Source: Thermoanaerobaculia bacterium (GTDB lineage Bacteria; Acidobacteriota; Thermoanaerobaculia; UBA5066; Gp7-AA6). Taken from it: 64,000 nucleotides of DNA. The stretch spans positions 3,076 through 67,075 of the forward strand of contig JBBRFL010000016.1 of NCBI GenBank assembly GCA_038224325.1. The letters are read 5' to 3'. The notes beneath the pieces were generated by a model. That model was given only the letters and a program-made list of their open reading frames with translations. It was not told the DNA's origin and did not search any database. Positions 18,895-28,490 of the stretch are shown here, one piece after another. A program made the translations under genes and the position numbers. Position 1 is the stretch's first letter, and each line of letters starts with the position of its first letter.

Positions 18895-19164
18895 GTGATC
18901 AAAGCCGACATCGTGGACCGAGTGGTTGACCTGGCGCAGATCCCGCGAGCCAAGGCCGCGACGGCCGTGGAAACGGTCATCGAGGCCATGCGCTCCGCGC
19001 TTGGCGCGGGAGATCGCATCGAGCTACGCGGATTCGGAGTCTTCCAGGTGAAGCGCCGCAAGCGGGGAATCGGACGCAATCCCAAGACGGGCGTCGAGGT
19101 CTCAATCCCACCCGGGAACACGATTCGATTCAAGCCGGGCAAGGATCTGCGCGACCTGACCTAG
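18895..19164 (+). CDS. IHF/HU family nucleoid-associated DNA-binding protein
   Basis: GTG start with GGAGG SD. (M)IKADIVDRVV...RIELRGFGVFQVKRRKRGIGRNPKTGVEVSIPPGNTIRFKPGKDLRD matches the IHF/HU arm signature. Confidence 0.8.
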   Translation: MIKADIVDRVVDLAQIPRAKAATAVETVIEAMRSALGAGDRIELRGFGVFQVKRRKRGIGRNPKTGVEVSIPPGNTIRFKPGKDLRDLT

Positions 19165-19182
19165 CAAGGAGTTTCCATTCCC

Positions 19183-20478
19183 ATGCCGCGGATCGGCGAA
19201 CTGCTCGTCGCGGAAGGCGTCCTTTCGGAGGTCGCCGTGCAGAGCGCGCTCGGATTCCAACGGCACACCGGGGAACCGTTCCGTCTCGGGACGATCCTGC
19301 TCGACCGCGATCTCCTGGGCGAGGAGAGCCTGATGAAGGCGCTGTCCTCGCTTCACCGCTGCGACTACGTGGCCTGGTCGGAGATTCTCAAGGCCACCCC
19401 GCGCATCGTTCGGCAGCTCCCCGAGCGGACGGCGACGCGCCTTTCGGCGATCCCCTACGCGCTCGAGGGCCGGGGCCTCCGCGTGGCGTTCAAGAATCCG
19501 TCGAACCTCGCGGCGGTGGACGAAGTATCGTCCGTCACGAATCGCCCCGTGATCCCCGCCGTGATCTCCGAGGTCCGCCTCGTGCAGGCGCTCAACCTGT
19601 TCTACGGCCGACCCGTGCCGATCGAGTTTCGCAACGTGCTCCTCAAGCTCGAGCGCAACGAGGAGCGCCGCCTCTACAAGACTCGCGGGACCCTGCGCGC
19701 GCCGCTGTCGCCCCCGCCGCCGCGCGAGCGCGCGTGGGAAACATCCTGGGCTATCCCGATCGAGAACGCTTCGCCCGAGCCCGAGCCCGAGCCCGCGCCC
19801 CGGTCCTACGCGGCTCCGTTCGCCTCCGCGGAGCTGACGCAGGGCGAGCTCGCGGACTCAGGGGACTTCCTGCCGGAATATGCGCCGCCCCGGGCGCTCA
19901 GTCCGGAAGAGATGGTCGCTCGGATGTGGAGGGACGAGACGCCTCCCGATCCCGACGACAGCGCGGTGCGCGCGATGTGGGAGCCGCCCCGGGAGCCCAG
20001 GCCGCAGGCGGCGGAGCGCTCGTCCGCGCGCAACCAGGTCGCCGAGGCCACTCTCGACGCGCTCGCGCAGCGGTTTCCCCGGGTGCTCCTGCTCGTCTCC
20101 GCGCAGGATTCCGTCCAGGGGTGGAGCGGGCGCGGCGCGGGCATCACCCTGGAATCAATCACCGGCCTTCGGATCCCGTGGGGCGAGCCGTCCATCTTCG
20201 CCTTCGTCAAGCTCTCCGGCAGCGCCCACAGGGGATCCCTGAACCGGATTCTCGTACCGCCGGCTCTGGCTCAGATCGTCGGGGCCAAGGCCGTCGCGGC
20301 CTGCGCCGTGTTCCCGGTCCGCATCAAGGATCGCCTGATCGCGTTTCTCTACGCGGACCGCGGAGGCGCGCCCCTTTCGGAAGACGACTACCGGAGCCTC
20401 GAGATCGCGTCGAGCTCCCTTGGCAGCTCGCTCGCCCGACTCCTTCTCGAAATGCGTCGGAACGTTTCGCCGGCCTGA
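19183..20478 (+). CDS. MshEN/T2SS-E N-terminal domain protein B, a paralog of A. Its second motif is degenerate.
   Basis: RIGELLVAEGVLSEVAVQSALGFQ, then RLGTILLDRDLLGEESLMKALSSL in which the Gly and Gln positions are lost. AAGGAG SD. The C-terminal domain aligns with protein A (IPWGEPSIF / IPWSEPSLF; LIAFLYAD / VAFFYVEG). Confidence 0.65.
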   Translation: MPRIGELLVAEGVLSEVAVQSALGFQRHTGEPFRLGTILLDRDLLGEESLMKALSSLHRCDYVAWSEILKATPRIVRQLPERTATRLSAIPYALEGRGLRVAFKNPSNLAAVDEVSSVTNRPVIPAVISEVRLVQALNLFYGRPVPIEFRNVLLKLERNEERRLYKTRGTLRAPLSPPPPRERAWETSWAIPIENASPEPEPEPAPRSYAAPFASAELTQGELADSGDFLPEYAPPRALSPEEMVARMWRDETPPDPDDSAVRAMWEPPREPRPQAAERSSARNQVAEATLDALAQRFPRVLLLVSAQDSVQGWSGRGAGITLESITGLRIPWGEPSIFAFVKLSGSAHRGSLNRILVPPALAQIVGAKAVAACAVFPVRIKDRLIAFLYADRGGAPLSEDDYRSLEIASSSLGSSLARLLLEMRRNVSPA

Positions 20479-21397
20479 TCCCCTGAACGGATCGCCGCCC
20501 TCCGATCCCTTCGGGGAGCCACCGCCTCGTCCGCGCGGCTGGCGCCGCGTCGTCGAGCATCCGCTCTTCCACCTCGCTCTCCTCGCGGCGACGTTCGTGA
20601 CGACGACGCTGGCGGGCGGACTCTTCACCGATCGTGGGGGTTGGCTCGTGAAGGGCTCGTTCTCCGACGGGTACGCGTTTTCCGTTCCGCTCCTTCTCAT
20701 CCTCGGCGTGCACGAGCTCGGCCACTACGCCATGTGCCGGCGCTACGGCCTGGCGGCCACCCTTCCCTACTTTCTACCGTCCCCGCCTCTTCTCGTTCTC
20801 GCCGGCACCTTCGGCGCCGTGATTCGGATCAAGGAGCCCATTCGGACGAAACGCCAGCTCCTAGACGTCGGCGCCGCGGGTCCGCTCGCCGGGTTCTTCA
20901 CCGCGCTTCCCTTTCTTCTGTACGGAACCGCGCACCCGCGCCCGAGCACGACGGCGCTCACTCCGGGCACCTGGCTCTTCGGCTACCCGCTCATCGTCCG
21001 CTGGGCGCAGCAATGGATGCACGTGGGCCCCTACACGAGCGCGACGGTTCACGAGCACCCCACGTTTATGGCGGCGTGGTTTGGACTTCTCGTGACCTGC
21101 CTGAACCTCCTGCCCATCGGCCAGTTGGATGGGGGCCACGTGCTGCGAGCGGCCGTCGGGAAGCTTCAGCCGCGCGTGTCGGCCGTGGTGCTGGGCCTCT
21201 GCGTCATCGCCGGCGTCGCCGGCTCCCCCGTCTGGACGGTCCTGCCGCTCCTCGTGGCCGTAATCCTCGGGGTGACCCATCCGCCCGTCGACGACGACGC
21301 GGCCCCGCTCGACTTCGGCCGCACGCTCGTCGCCCTGCTCTGCGTCGCGGTCTTCCTGGTCTGCTTCACGCTGTCGCCGATCCAAACGCCGCCGTAG
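20420..21397 (+). CDS. Site-2 protease family (peptidase M50) integral membrane metalloprotease
   Basis: HELGHYAMCRRYG (HExxH) and LDGGH motifs with multiple TM helices. The start is uncertain: TTG at 20420 overlaps protein B by 58 nt, and other candidates are non-canonical. Confidence 0.6.
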   Translation: MAARSPDSFSKCVGTFRRPDPLNGSPPSDPFGEPPPRPRGWRRVVEHPLFHLALLAATFVTTTLAGGLFTDRGGWLVKGSFSDGYAFSVPLLLILGVHELGHYAMCRRYGLAATLPYFLPSPPLLVLAGTFGAVIRIKEPIRTKRQLLDVGAAGPLAGFFTALPFLLYGTAHPRPSTTALTPGTWLFGYPLIVRWAQQWMHVGPYTSATVHEHPTFMAAWFGLLVTCLNLLPIGQLDGGHVLRAAVGKLQPRVSAVVLGLCVIAGVAGSPVWTVLPLLVAVILGVTHPPVDDDAAPLDFGRTLVALLCVAVFLVCFTLSPIQTPP

Positions 21398-21407
21398 AGG
21401 CGCCTCC

Positions 21408-21854
21408 TCAGCGCGCCGGTAGCTCCAGGAGAAACGTCGCGGGCCCCTCGTTGACGAGGGAGACATCCATCGTTGTTCCGAAGACGCCCGTTTCGACGCG
21501 TGCGCCGAGGCCTCGGAGCGCGGTGACGAAGCCGTCGTAGAGGGGCCGAGCCTCTTCGCCCGGCAGCGCGCGATCGAATCCCGGCCGGCGGCCGCGGGAC
21601 AGGTCCGCGGCCAGCGTGAACTGGGAGACCGCCAGGACCGCGCCGTCGACATCCGCGAGCGAGAGATTCATCTTGCCGGCCGCGTCCTCGAAAATCCGCA
21701 TTCCCGCGACCTTGCGCGCGGCTTCCTGCGCCGCGGGAAGCGCGTCGCCCCTCTCGGCTCCGAAGAACACGAGCAGGCCGCGGCCGACCGCCCCGACGAT
21801 CTCCCCCGCCACGCGCACCTCCGCGCTCCGGACCCGCTGGACGACGAGCCTCAC
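21408..21854 (-). CDS. dtd: D-aminoacyl-tRNA deacylase
   Basis: (M)RLVVQRVRSAEVRVAGEIVGAVGRGLLVFFGAE...SQFTLAAD...NEGPATF. GTG start overlaps the murJ stop (GTGA). Confidence 0.85.
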   Translation of the reverse strand: MRLVVQRVRSAEVRVAGEIVGAVGRGLLVFFGAERGDALPAAQEAARKVAGMRIFEDAAGKMNLSLADVDGAVLAVSQFTLAADLSRGRRPGFDRALPGEEARPLYDGFVTALRGLGARVETGVFGTTMDVSLVNEGPATFLLELPAR

Positions 21855-23428
21855 GCGCGGCGCCTCCGGGCGATGCGGCGCAGCTCGGCGGGCTCCGGCG
21901 CCCCGAGGAGGTGGGCGGCCACTCCGTAGAACGCCGCCGCGGCTCCGATCATCACCGCCAGGATGCCGGCGCCTCGCCAGCCCGCGATGTCTCCGGGGGG
22001 AACGAGCCGGAACGCGCCCGCCAGGAGCAGGCCCATCGCCGCTGAGGCGGCTCCGATCCGAATCAGCGACGCCGCCACGGCCCTGCCGCGCATGGGCCCG
22101 TGCCGCCGCCGGAACGCGGCGAGGAGGATCGCCACGTCGACGGCGGCCGCGGCGGAGGCGGCGAGGCCTATACCCGGAAGGCCCAGCGAGGGCGTCAGGA
22201 TCCCGCAGAGCAGGAGAAAGACGGCCGCGTCGGCCAGGGCGGCGAGGACCGGAAGCGTGGTGCTCTGGAGCGCGTAGAACGCCGGCACGAGGACGCGGAC
22301 ACCCGCGAAGAAGAACAGACCGACCGCCAGCGCCGCCAGCGCCCCGGCCGTCGCCGCGGTGTCGGACTCGCCGAACCGTCCGCCCTGGAAGAGGACGCGC
22401 ACGATGGGTACCTGGAGGACCACGAGCCCGACGCTCGCGGGGACCGTGACGAACGCGATCAGCCGCAGCGCGAACGCCAGGTTGTCCTTGAAGGGCTCGC
22501 GATCCGCGGCGAGGGCCTGCCGCGACAGCAGCGGCAGGATCGCCGTCGCGACCGAGACCGCGAAGCCGCCGAGCACGAGCTCCTTCAGTCGGTTCGCGTA
22601 GTAGAGGTGGGACACGCTCGCATTCCCGAGGCCCGCGGCGAACCGCGTCGAGACCACGGTGTTGACGGTGTTGATCCCGTAGGCGAAGAGCCTCGGAGCC
22701 ATCAGCAGCAGCACGGAGCGGACGGCGGGGTCTCCCCAGCCGAGGGCGGGCCGGCCGACGGCGCGCAGCCGCCGCAGCTGCGGCACCTGGATCGCGATTT
22801 GGAGGATCCCGCCCGCGAGGACCCCTCCCGCCAGCCCGTACGTGGGCTCCGCCAGGCGGGGCGACACGAAGAGGGCCGCGAAGATCAGGGCTACGTTCAG
22901 GAAGATCGGCGCCGCGGCCGAGATCGCGAACCGGTGATGGGCGTTCAGGATTGCCTGGCACAGCGCGGAGAGAGACACGAGGAGGATGTACGGAAAGATC
23001 CACCGGTTCAGAAGGACCGTCAGCTCGAACTTCCCCGGCGTCTGATGGAACTGCCCCGCGAGGAGCCCCACGAGCCACGGCGAGAGGAGGATCCCGAGGA
23101 CGGTGATGCCGGTCAGCAGCAGCGCGAAGGTCCCCGCGACCCGGGCGAGAAAGGCCCTCGCCTCCTCCTCGGTGCGCCCGGCGGACACCGAGGCGTAAAC
23201 CGGGATGACCGCGGAGGACATGGCCCCTTCTCCAATGATCTCTCGCAGCATGTTGGGGATGCGAAACGCCACGAAGAAGGCGTCGGTGCGCATCCCCGCG
23301 CCGAGGGTGGACGCGATGACCTTGTCCCGTACGTAGCCCGTGACCCGGGACAGGAGAGTCAGAGGGGTGATCGTCGAGGCGGATCGGACCAGTCGCCCGC
23401 GGGCCTCGTCGATCTCTTGCTGGGACAT
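21851..23428 (-). CDS. murJ: Lipid II flippase MurJ (MviN)
   Basis: 525 aa polytopic protein. N-terminus TLLSRVTGYVRDKVIASTLGAGMRTDAFFVAFRIPNMLR is typical of MurJ. Confidence 0.88.
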   Translation of the reverse strand: MSQQEIDEARGRLVRSASTITPLTLLSRVTGYVRDKVIASTLGAGMRTDAFFVAFRIPNMLREIIGEGAMSSAVIPVYASVSAGRTEEEARAFLARVAGTFALLLTGITVLGILLSPWLVGLLAGQFHQTPGKFELTVLLNRWIFPYILLVSLSALCQAILNAHHRFAISAAAPIFLNVALIFAALFVSPRLAEPTYGLAGGVLAGGILQIAIQVPQLRRLRAVGRPALGWGDPAVRSVLLLMAPRLFAYGINTVNTVVSTRFAAGLGNASVSHLYYANRLKELVLGGFAVSVATAILPLLSRQALAADREPFKDNLAFALRLIAFVTVPASVGLVVLQVPIVRVLFQGGRFGESDTAATAGALAALAVGLFFFAGVRVLVPAFYALQSTTLPVLAALADAAVFLLLCGILTPSLGLPGIGLAASAAAAVDVAILLAAFRRRHGPMRGRAVAASLIRIGAASAAMGLLLAGAFRLVPPGDIAGWRGAGILAVMIGAAAAFYGVAAHLLGAPEPAELRRIARRRRA

Positions 23429-23523
23429 TTCGGTAGGCCGATTCTAGCCGGTGCGGCGCCGGGACATCATCTGTCCGGCCGAAAGTGGAATATCGTGTCA
23501 GCACCTGAAAGGAGGGCGAACAC

Positions 23524-23964
23524 ATGGCCAGCGTCAACAAAGTCATTCTGATCGGCAATCTCGGAAAGGACCCGGAGATCCGGACCACCCCCCAGGGGAC
23601 CTCCCTCGCTCGCTTCTCGCTCGCGACGACCTCGACGTGGAAGGACGCGTCCGGCGCCAAGCAGGAGCGCACCGAGTGGCACGACATCGTCGCGTGGGAG
23701 AAGCTCGCCCAGATCTGCGGCGAGTATCTCCACAAGGGGAAGATGGTCTACGTCGAGGGCAGCCTCCAGACGCGCAGCTGGGAGGACCAGAACGGGCAGA
23801 AGCGGTACAAGACCGAGGTCAAAGCCTCCAACGTCGTCATGCTGTCCCGGCGGGAGGATGGCGCGCGGGCGAGCGCGAGCGCCGCTCCCGCGCGGGAAGT
23901 CGCGGACGCGTCCGAAGCTCCCGTGGCCTCCGGCGCGACGTACGACGACGACGTCCCCTTCTGA
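23524..23964 (+). CDS. ssb: Single-stranded DNA-binding protein
   Basis: OB-fold N-terminus ([19 protein letters not shown]...TEWHDIVAW) and acidic C-terminal tip DDDVPF. Confidence 0.9.
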   Translation: MASVNKVILIGNLGKDPEIRTTPQGTSLARFSLATTSTWKDASGAKQERTEWHDIVAWEKLAQICGEYLHKGKMVYVEGSLQTRSWEDQNGQKRYKTEVKASNVVMLSRREDGARASASAAPAREVADASEAPVASGATYDDDVPF

Positions 23965-23973
23965 GGCGGAGCG

Positions 23974-24258
23974 ATGCCCGCGTACGTCCTCGTCGAGGTC
24001 GAGGTTCTGGACGCTCCCGCCTTCGAGCGTTATCGGGAAATCGCCCCGCCCATCATCGCCGCCTACGGAGGGCGCTACCTCGCTCGCGGAGGACGCAGTG
24101 AGACGCTGGAGGGAGATCCCTGCCACCGGATGGTCGTCCTCGAGTTCCCGAGCCTCGAGCGGGCAAGGGAATGGTGGGCGTCGGAGGAGTACGCCGCGGC
24201 CCGGTCGATCCGGAGCCTCTCGGCACGCGTCCGGATGATCGCCGTCGAAGGGGTCTGA
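23974..24258 (+). CDS. DUF1330 family protein
   Basis: MPAYVLVEVEVLDAPAFERYREIAPP...GGRYLARGG...VVLEFPSLERAREWWAS pattern. Confidence 0.55.
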   Translation: MPAYVLVEVEVLDAPAFERYREIAPPIIAAYGGRYLARGGRSETLEGDPCHRMVVLEFPSLERAREWWASEEYAAARSIRSLSARVRMIAVEGV

Positions 24259-24259
24259 C

Positions 24260-25264
24260 TTAGGCCAGGTCTGCCGCGAACTCCCGAATCTGAGCGGCGA
24301 CGGTCTCGGGGCCGCGGGCCGCGTTCGCCGGCTGCCGCAGGGACGCGAGGTGCCGCGCGTAGTCCTCCAGCCGCTCCTTCGCCTCCACGCGGCGGGCGAC
24401 GGAGACCGAGGCCTCCACGGCCGCGACGCACCGCGGGTAGTCCGCGATCCGGCTGCACACGAACAGGAGGTCGCAGCCCGCCTCCGCCGCCAGCGCGCAA
24501 CGCCGCGGCAGATCGCCGAACGCGTCCAGCGCGCCCATCTCGAGGTCGTCGGAGAACGCCGCGCCCTCGAAGCCCACCCGATCGCGCAGAAGGCGGGTCG
24601 CCCGCTCCGGAGAGAGCGACGCCGGAAGGCCGTCCGGGCCGCCGGCGTGCGAAACCATGATGGCGTGCGCGTCGTGCATCAACCCGTCGAAGGGCGCGAG
24701 ATCGAGGGCCTCCTCGTACGGATCGGGCGAAATCGTGGGGAGAGACCGGTGCGTGTCCACGGTCGCACGTCCGAGCCCGGGAAAGTGCTTGAGGCACCCG
24801 CCGATCCCCCGGGAGTGCAGCCCGGCCAGGAACTCGCCGGCCGCGTGCAGAACCTCGTGCGCTTCCGGCGACGCGCTGCGCTCGCCGAGCACGACAGCGC
24901 CCGCTCCCGCGACGGCCCGGTCCACCACGGGCGCGAGATCGACGTCGAAGCCCAACGTCGAAAGCGCCTCTCCCGCGAGATCGCCCAGTCTCCGGGCCTT
25001 CCCGGCCCGCGCCGCGTCCTGGAACGACGGCGTCGCCGACAGGATGCCGCTCAGCCGATCGACCGGTCCACCCTCCTGGTCGAGGAAGAGAAAGCGCACC
25101 GGAACCGCCCGCAGCTCGGCGATCAGCCTCCGCAGCTGCTCGAGATCCTCGATGTTGCGTCGGAAGAGAATCACGCCGTACGGAGGATATTCGGCGAGGA
25201 CCACGCGTTCGGCGTCGGTGAGTCGAGGCCCCCCGATCCCGACGGCGAAGAGCCCGGAGCTCAC
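24260..25264 (-). CDS. nagZ: Beta-N-acetylhexosaminidase NagZ (GH3)
   Basis: GH3 N-terminal domain with KHFPGLGRATVDTHR. GTG start overlaps the mutS stop (GTGA). Confidence 0.8.
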   Translation of the reverse strand: MSSGLFAVGIGGPRLTDAERVVLAEYPPYGVILFRRNIEDLEQLRRLIAELRAVPVRFLFLDQEGGPVDRLSGILSATPSFQDAARAGKARRLGDLAGEALSTLGFDVDLAPVVDRAVAGAGAVVLGERSASPEAHEVLHAAGEFLAGLHSRGIGGCLKHFPGLGRATVDTHRSLPTISPDPYEEALDLAPFDGLMHDAHAIMVSHAGGPDGLPASLSPERATRLLRDRVGFEGAAFSDDLEMGALDAFGDLPRRCALAAEAGCDLLFVCSRIADYPRCVAAVEASVSVARRVEAKERLEDYARHLASLRQPANAARGPETVAAQIREFAADLA

Positions 25265-27813
25265 TGGTTCTTCAGCCGGCCCTGAAGCGACGCGAGGAGA
25301 GACAGCGCCGAGAGCGGCGTCATGCGGTCGATGTCGAGTCCCCGGAGCTTCTCGAGCGCGAGCTCCTCCTCCGCGGAGAACAGGACGAACTGCCCGGTCC
25401 CCGCGCTCTCCCCCTGCCGCCGCGCGATGACGGGCGCGCCCTGGACATCGAGCTCCTGCTTCTCGAGGTTCGCGAGCACCTCACGGGCGCGACCCGTCAC
25501 CTCCGGAGGGAGGCCCGCGAGCTCCGCGACCTGGATGCCGTAGCTGCGGTCGGCCGCGCCGGCGACGACCTTGCGCAGGAACACCACCCGCCCTCCGATC
25601 TCCTTGACCGCCATCGTGGCGTTGGTGACTGCGGGCTTGACGAGGGCAATCTCAGTCAGCTCGTGGTAGTGCGTGGCGAAGAGGACGAACGCGGACTTCC
25701 CGGGCGTATCGTGCAGATACTCGAGGAGCGCCCAAGCGATCGACAGGCCGTCGAACGTCGACGTGCCGCGACCCACCTCGTCGAGGATCACGAGGCTTCG
25801 GGGAGTGGCCTGCGCCAGGATCGATGCCGACTCGAGCATCTCGACCATGAAGGTGGACTCCCCGCGGGAGAGATGGTCGGACGCGCCGACGCGGGTGAAG
25901 ATGCGATCGAGCGGCGAAAACCTCAGCGAGCCCGCGGGGACGAAGGAGCCCGCCTGAGCGAGGAGAACGATCGTCGCCACCTGGCGCAAGTACGTGGACT
26001 TCCCGCCCATGTTGGGTCCTGTCACGACGAGGATGCGGCGCTCGGGAGTGAGGTCGCAGTCGTTGGGAACGAAGACCTCCTCCCGGCGCAGGTGCTCGAC
26101 GATCGGATGGCGTCCGTCGGTGATCCGCAGGCAGGGAGCATCGGACAGCTCGGGCCGCGCCCATCGGCCCGAGCAGGCGACGTCGGCGAAGCTCGCCGAG
26201 AGATCCAGTTGCGCGATCGCCGCCGCGGTCCGGGCGACCCGCTCTCCCGCGGTCGACAGCTCGGCGAGGAGGCTTCCGTACAGGCGAGTCTCGATCTCCG
26301 CGATGCGATCCTCGGCGCCCAGGATCTTCTCCTCGAGCTCCTTCAGGGCGGGAGTCACGAAGCGCTCCGCGTTTGCGAGCGACTGGCGGCGGATCCAATC
26401 CGAGGGCACCTTGTCCTTGTGCGCGCTGGAAACCTCCAGCGAGTACCCGAAAACGCGGTTGAATCGAACCTTGACCCCCGAAATCCCGGAGCGCTTCCGT
26501 TCCGACGCCTCGACGCCCATCAGGGCGGTCTGCGCGTTGCGGCGAAGGTCCCGGAGCGCGTCGAGCTCGGCGTCGGCGCCGTCGCGGATCACGCCCCCGG
26601 CCGACGCGAGCACCGGAGGCTCCGGCGCAAGGGTCGCCTCGACCCGGGCGACCACGTCATCTGTCTCGGGAACCAGCTCGCACAGCGCGCGGAAGCGGGC
26701 GGCGGCGAGCCGGCTCGCGGCCTCGAGGATCCGGGGAACCACCTTCAGCCCCGCGGCGAGCGCGGCGACTTCGCGGGGCCCCGCGCTGCCGACGGCCACT
26801 CGCGCGAAGCGCCGCTCGAGATCGCCGACCTCCGCGAGCGAGACCTGGAGCTCCTCCGCCGCGTCTCGCCGCCGCATCAGCTCCTCGACGGCGTCCCAAC
26901 GGGTCTCGAGCTCGATCGCGTCCCGGGACGGATGGCAGAGCGCCGCCCGCAGGGCGCGGGCCCCGAGCGGCGTGCGTGTCCGGTCCAGCAGTGCGAAGAG
27001 GCTTCGCGCGGTCGAGCCGTCGGAGGATTCGAACAGCTCCAATGTCGCGGAAGCCGCGGCGTCTAGCCCCATCTCCTCGCCGAACGCCAGCGGGGCCGGG
27101 GCGCCGACGTGGTGCAGGCCTCCCGGCCGCATCTGGCGCGCGTATGCGAGCGCGGCGCCCGCGGCGCTCCGGCAACCCGCGGGAGATCCCGTGTGGGGCT
27201 GCGCCTCCAGGGCCTCCGCCCACCAAGCCGCGTCCCGCCGCGAGAGGGAGGCCGGGAACTCGGGAGGCGGCGCGCCTTCGGGAACCAGGATCTCGCGCGG
27301 CCGAAAGAGCGAGACCGCGTCGGCCACCCGCGAGGCCGGGACCATTCCCGCGTGGAAGCGGCCCGTCGACAGATCGAGGAACGCGACTCCCCAGTCCGGC
27401 TCGCCGGGCACCAGCGCCGCCAGGTAGCAGGGCGCGTCGGGGACGAGGGACTCCGGATCGAGAACTGTACCGGGCGTCACGACCCGCGTGATGTCCCGGC
27501 GGACGAGGCCCTTCGAGGCGCGCGGATCCTCGACCTGGTCGCAGATGGCGACCTTCCGGCCCGCGGCCACGAGCCGGGCGATGTGATGATCGACGCTCTG
27601 ATGCGGCACGCCGCACATGGGGGCCTCGATGTCGGAGTCCCGATGCCGGGCCGTGAGCGCGATCCCCAGCAGCGGCGCCGCCTCCCGGGCGTCCTCGAAG
27701 AACATCTCGTAGAAGTCGCCCATGCGGTAGAGGAGGATGGCGTCCGGAACCCGGCTCTTCATCTCGAAGTACTGCCGGAGCATCGGAGTCGTTCTTGGAA
27801 TCGTTGCGCTCAC
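25261..27813 (-). CDS. mutS: DNA mismatch repair protein MutS
   Basis: 850 aa. Mismatch-binding N-terminus (MLRQYFEMKSRVPDAILLYRMGDFYEMFFEDA), Walker A (GPNMGGKST) and ABC signature. Confidence 0.93.
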   Translation of the reverse strand: MSATIPRTTPMLRQYFEMKSRVPDAILLYRMGDFYEMFFEDAREAAPLLGIALTARHRDSDIEAPMCGVPHQSVDHHIARLVAAGRKVAICDQVEDPRASKGLVRRDITRVVTPGTVLDPESLVPDAPCYLAALVPGEPDWGVAFLDLSTGRFHAGMVPASRVADAVSLFRPREILVPEGAPPPEFPASLSRRDAAWWAEALEAQPHTGSPAGCRSAAGAALAYARQMRPGGLHHVGAPAPLAFGEEMGLDAAASATLELFESSDGSTARSLFALLDRTRTPLGARALRAALCHPSRDAIELETRWDAVEELMRRRDAAEELQVSLAEVGDLERRFARVAVGSAGPREVAALAAGLKVVPRILEAASRLAAARFRALCELVPETDDVVARVEATLAPEPPVLASAGGVIRDGADAELDALRDLRRNAQTALMGVEASERKRSGISGVKVRFNRVFGYSLEVSSAHKDKVPSDWIRRQSLANAERFVTPALKELEEKILGAEDRIAEIETRLYGSLLAELSTAGERVARTAAAIAQLDLSASFADVACSGRWARPELSDAPCLRITDGRHPIVEHLRREEVFVPNDCDLTPERRILVVTGPNMGGKSTYLRQVATIVLLAQAGSFVPAGSLRFSPLDRIFTRVGASDHLSRGESTFMVEMLESASILAQATPRSLVILDEVGRGTSTFDGLSIAWALLEYLHDTPGKSAFVLFATHYHELTEIALVKPAVTNATMAVKEIGGRVVFLRKVVAGAADRSYGIQVAELAGLPPEVTGRAREVLANLEKQELDVQGAPVIARRQGESAGTGQFVLFSAEEELALEKLRGLDIDRMTPLSALSLLASLQGRLKNQ

Positions 27814-27848
27814 GCCGGTGCTAGCATAACGGCGGCGCCCCGCGAAGC
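27814..27848. promoter_or_regulatory. 35-bp divergent mutS/tsaB gap carrying GGTGCTAGCATAACGGCGGCG
   Basis: Shares GGTGCT...AGCATAACGG(C/G)GGC with the uvrB/PBP1A divergent region. The 10-mer AGCATAACGG is at 27823-27832. Confidence 0.3.
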
Positions 27849-28490
27849 ATGAACGTTTTGGCCATCGACACCGCCACCCCGAAGCCCGCCGTCAGTGTCT
27901 CCGCCGACGGAACGCTCTTCGAGCAGCCCCTGCCCGACGATCGCCGATCCTCGGAGGAGTTGCTCCCCGCGGTGAATCGCGCTCTCGAGGCCGCGAACCT
28001 GCGGCTGGACGAGTTCGACCGCCTGGCCGTCTGCTCGGGGCCCGGCTCCTTCACCGGGATCCGGATCGGCATGGCCACGGCGTGGGGTCTCGGCCGCGCC
28101 TCGGGAATCGCCGTCGAGGCGGTCTCGACGCTCGCGGCGATGGCCGAGGCCGCGCGCGGCTCGAGCCCGCACCGCGTCGTGGCGGCGGTTCTCGATGCCG
28201 GCCGCGGCGAGATCGTTCTCGAACGCTTCGACCTGACGGGCCCTCGCGCGCGCTCGCTCGCTCCCGCGCGACGCCATCCTCGTCCGGACCTCTCGGGACT
28301 GGCGGGGACGGACGCGGTGGCGGCGCTGCCTCCCGATCTCGCCGGGGAGAACCGACGGGAGCTGCCGATGCTCGTGGCCTCGGCGCTGGCCCTGGCCGTC
28401 GGGAGAGCGCCGAGTGCGGCGTCGAGCTCTCCCTCGGGGGCTTCCTATTCGCGGCCGAGCGCCGCCGAGGAGAAGCGTGGCGCTTCGTGA
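27849..28490 (+). CDS. tsaB: tRNA threonylcarbamoyladenosine biosynthesis protein TsaB (YeaZ)
   Basis: MNVLAIDTATPKPAVSV...CSGPGSFTGIRIGMATAWGL. Confidence 0.8.
   Translation: MNVLAIDTATPKPAVSVSADGTLFEQPLPDDRRSSEELLPAVNRALEAANLRLDEFDRLAVCSGPGSFTGIRIGMATAWGLGRASGIAVEAVSTLAAMAEAARGSSPHRVVAAVLDAGRGEIVLERFDLTGPRARSLAPARRHPRPDLSGLAGTDAVAALPPDLAGENRRELPMLVASALALAVGRAPSAASSSPSGASYSRPSAAEEKRGAS

Noticed and set aside
21408-23735. 775-aa minus-strand ORF
   Set aside because: Only the C-terminal 148 aa is real (dtd). The upstream part is a wrong-frame overlap of murJ.
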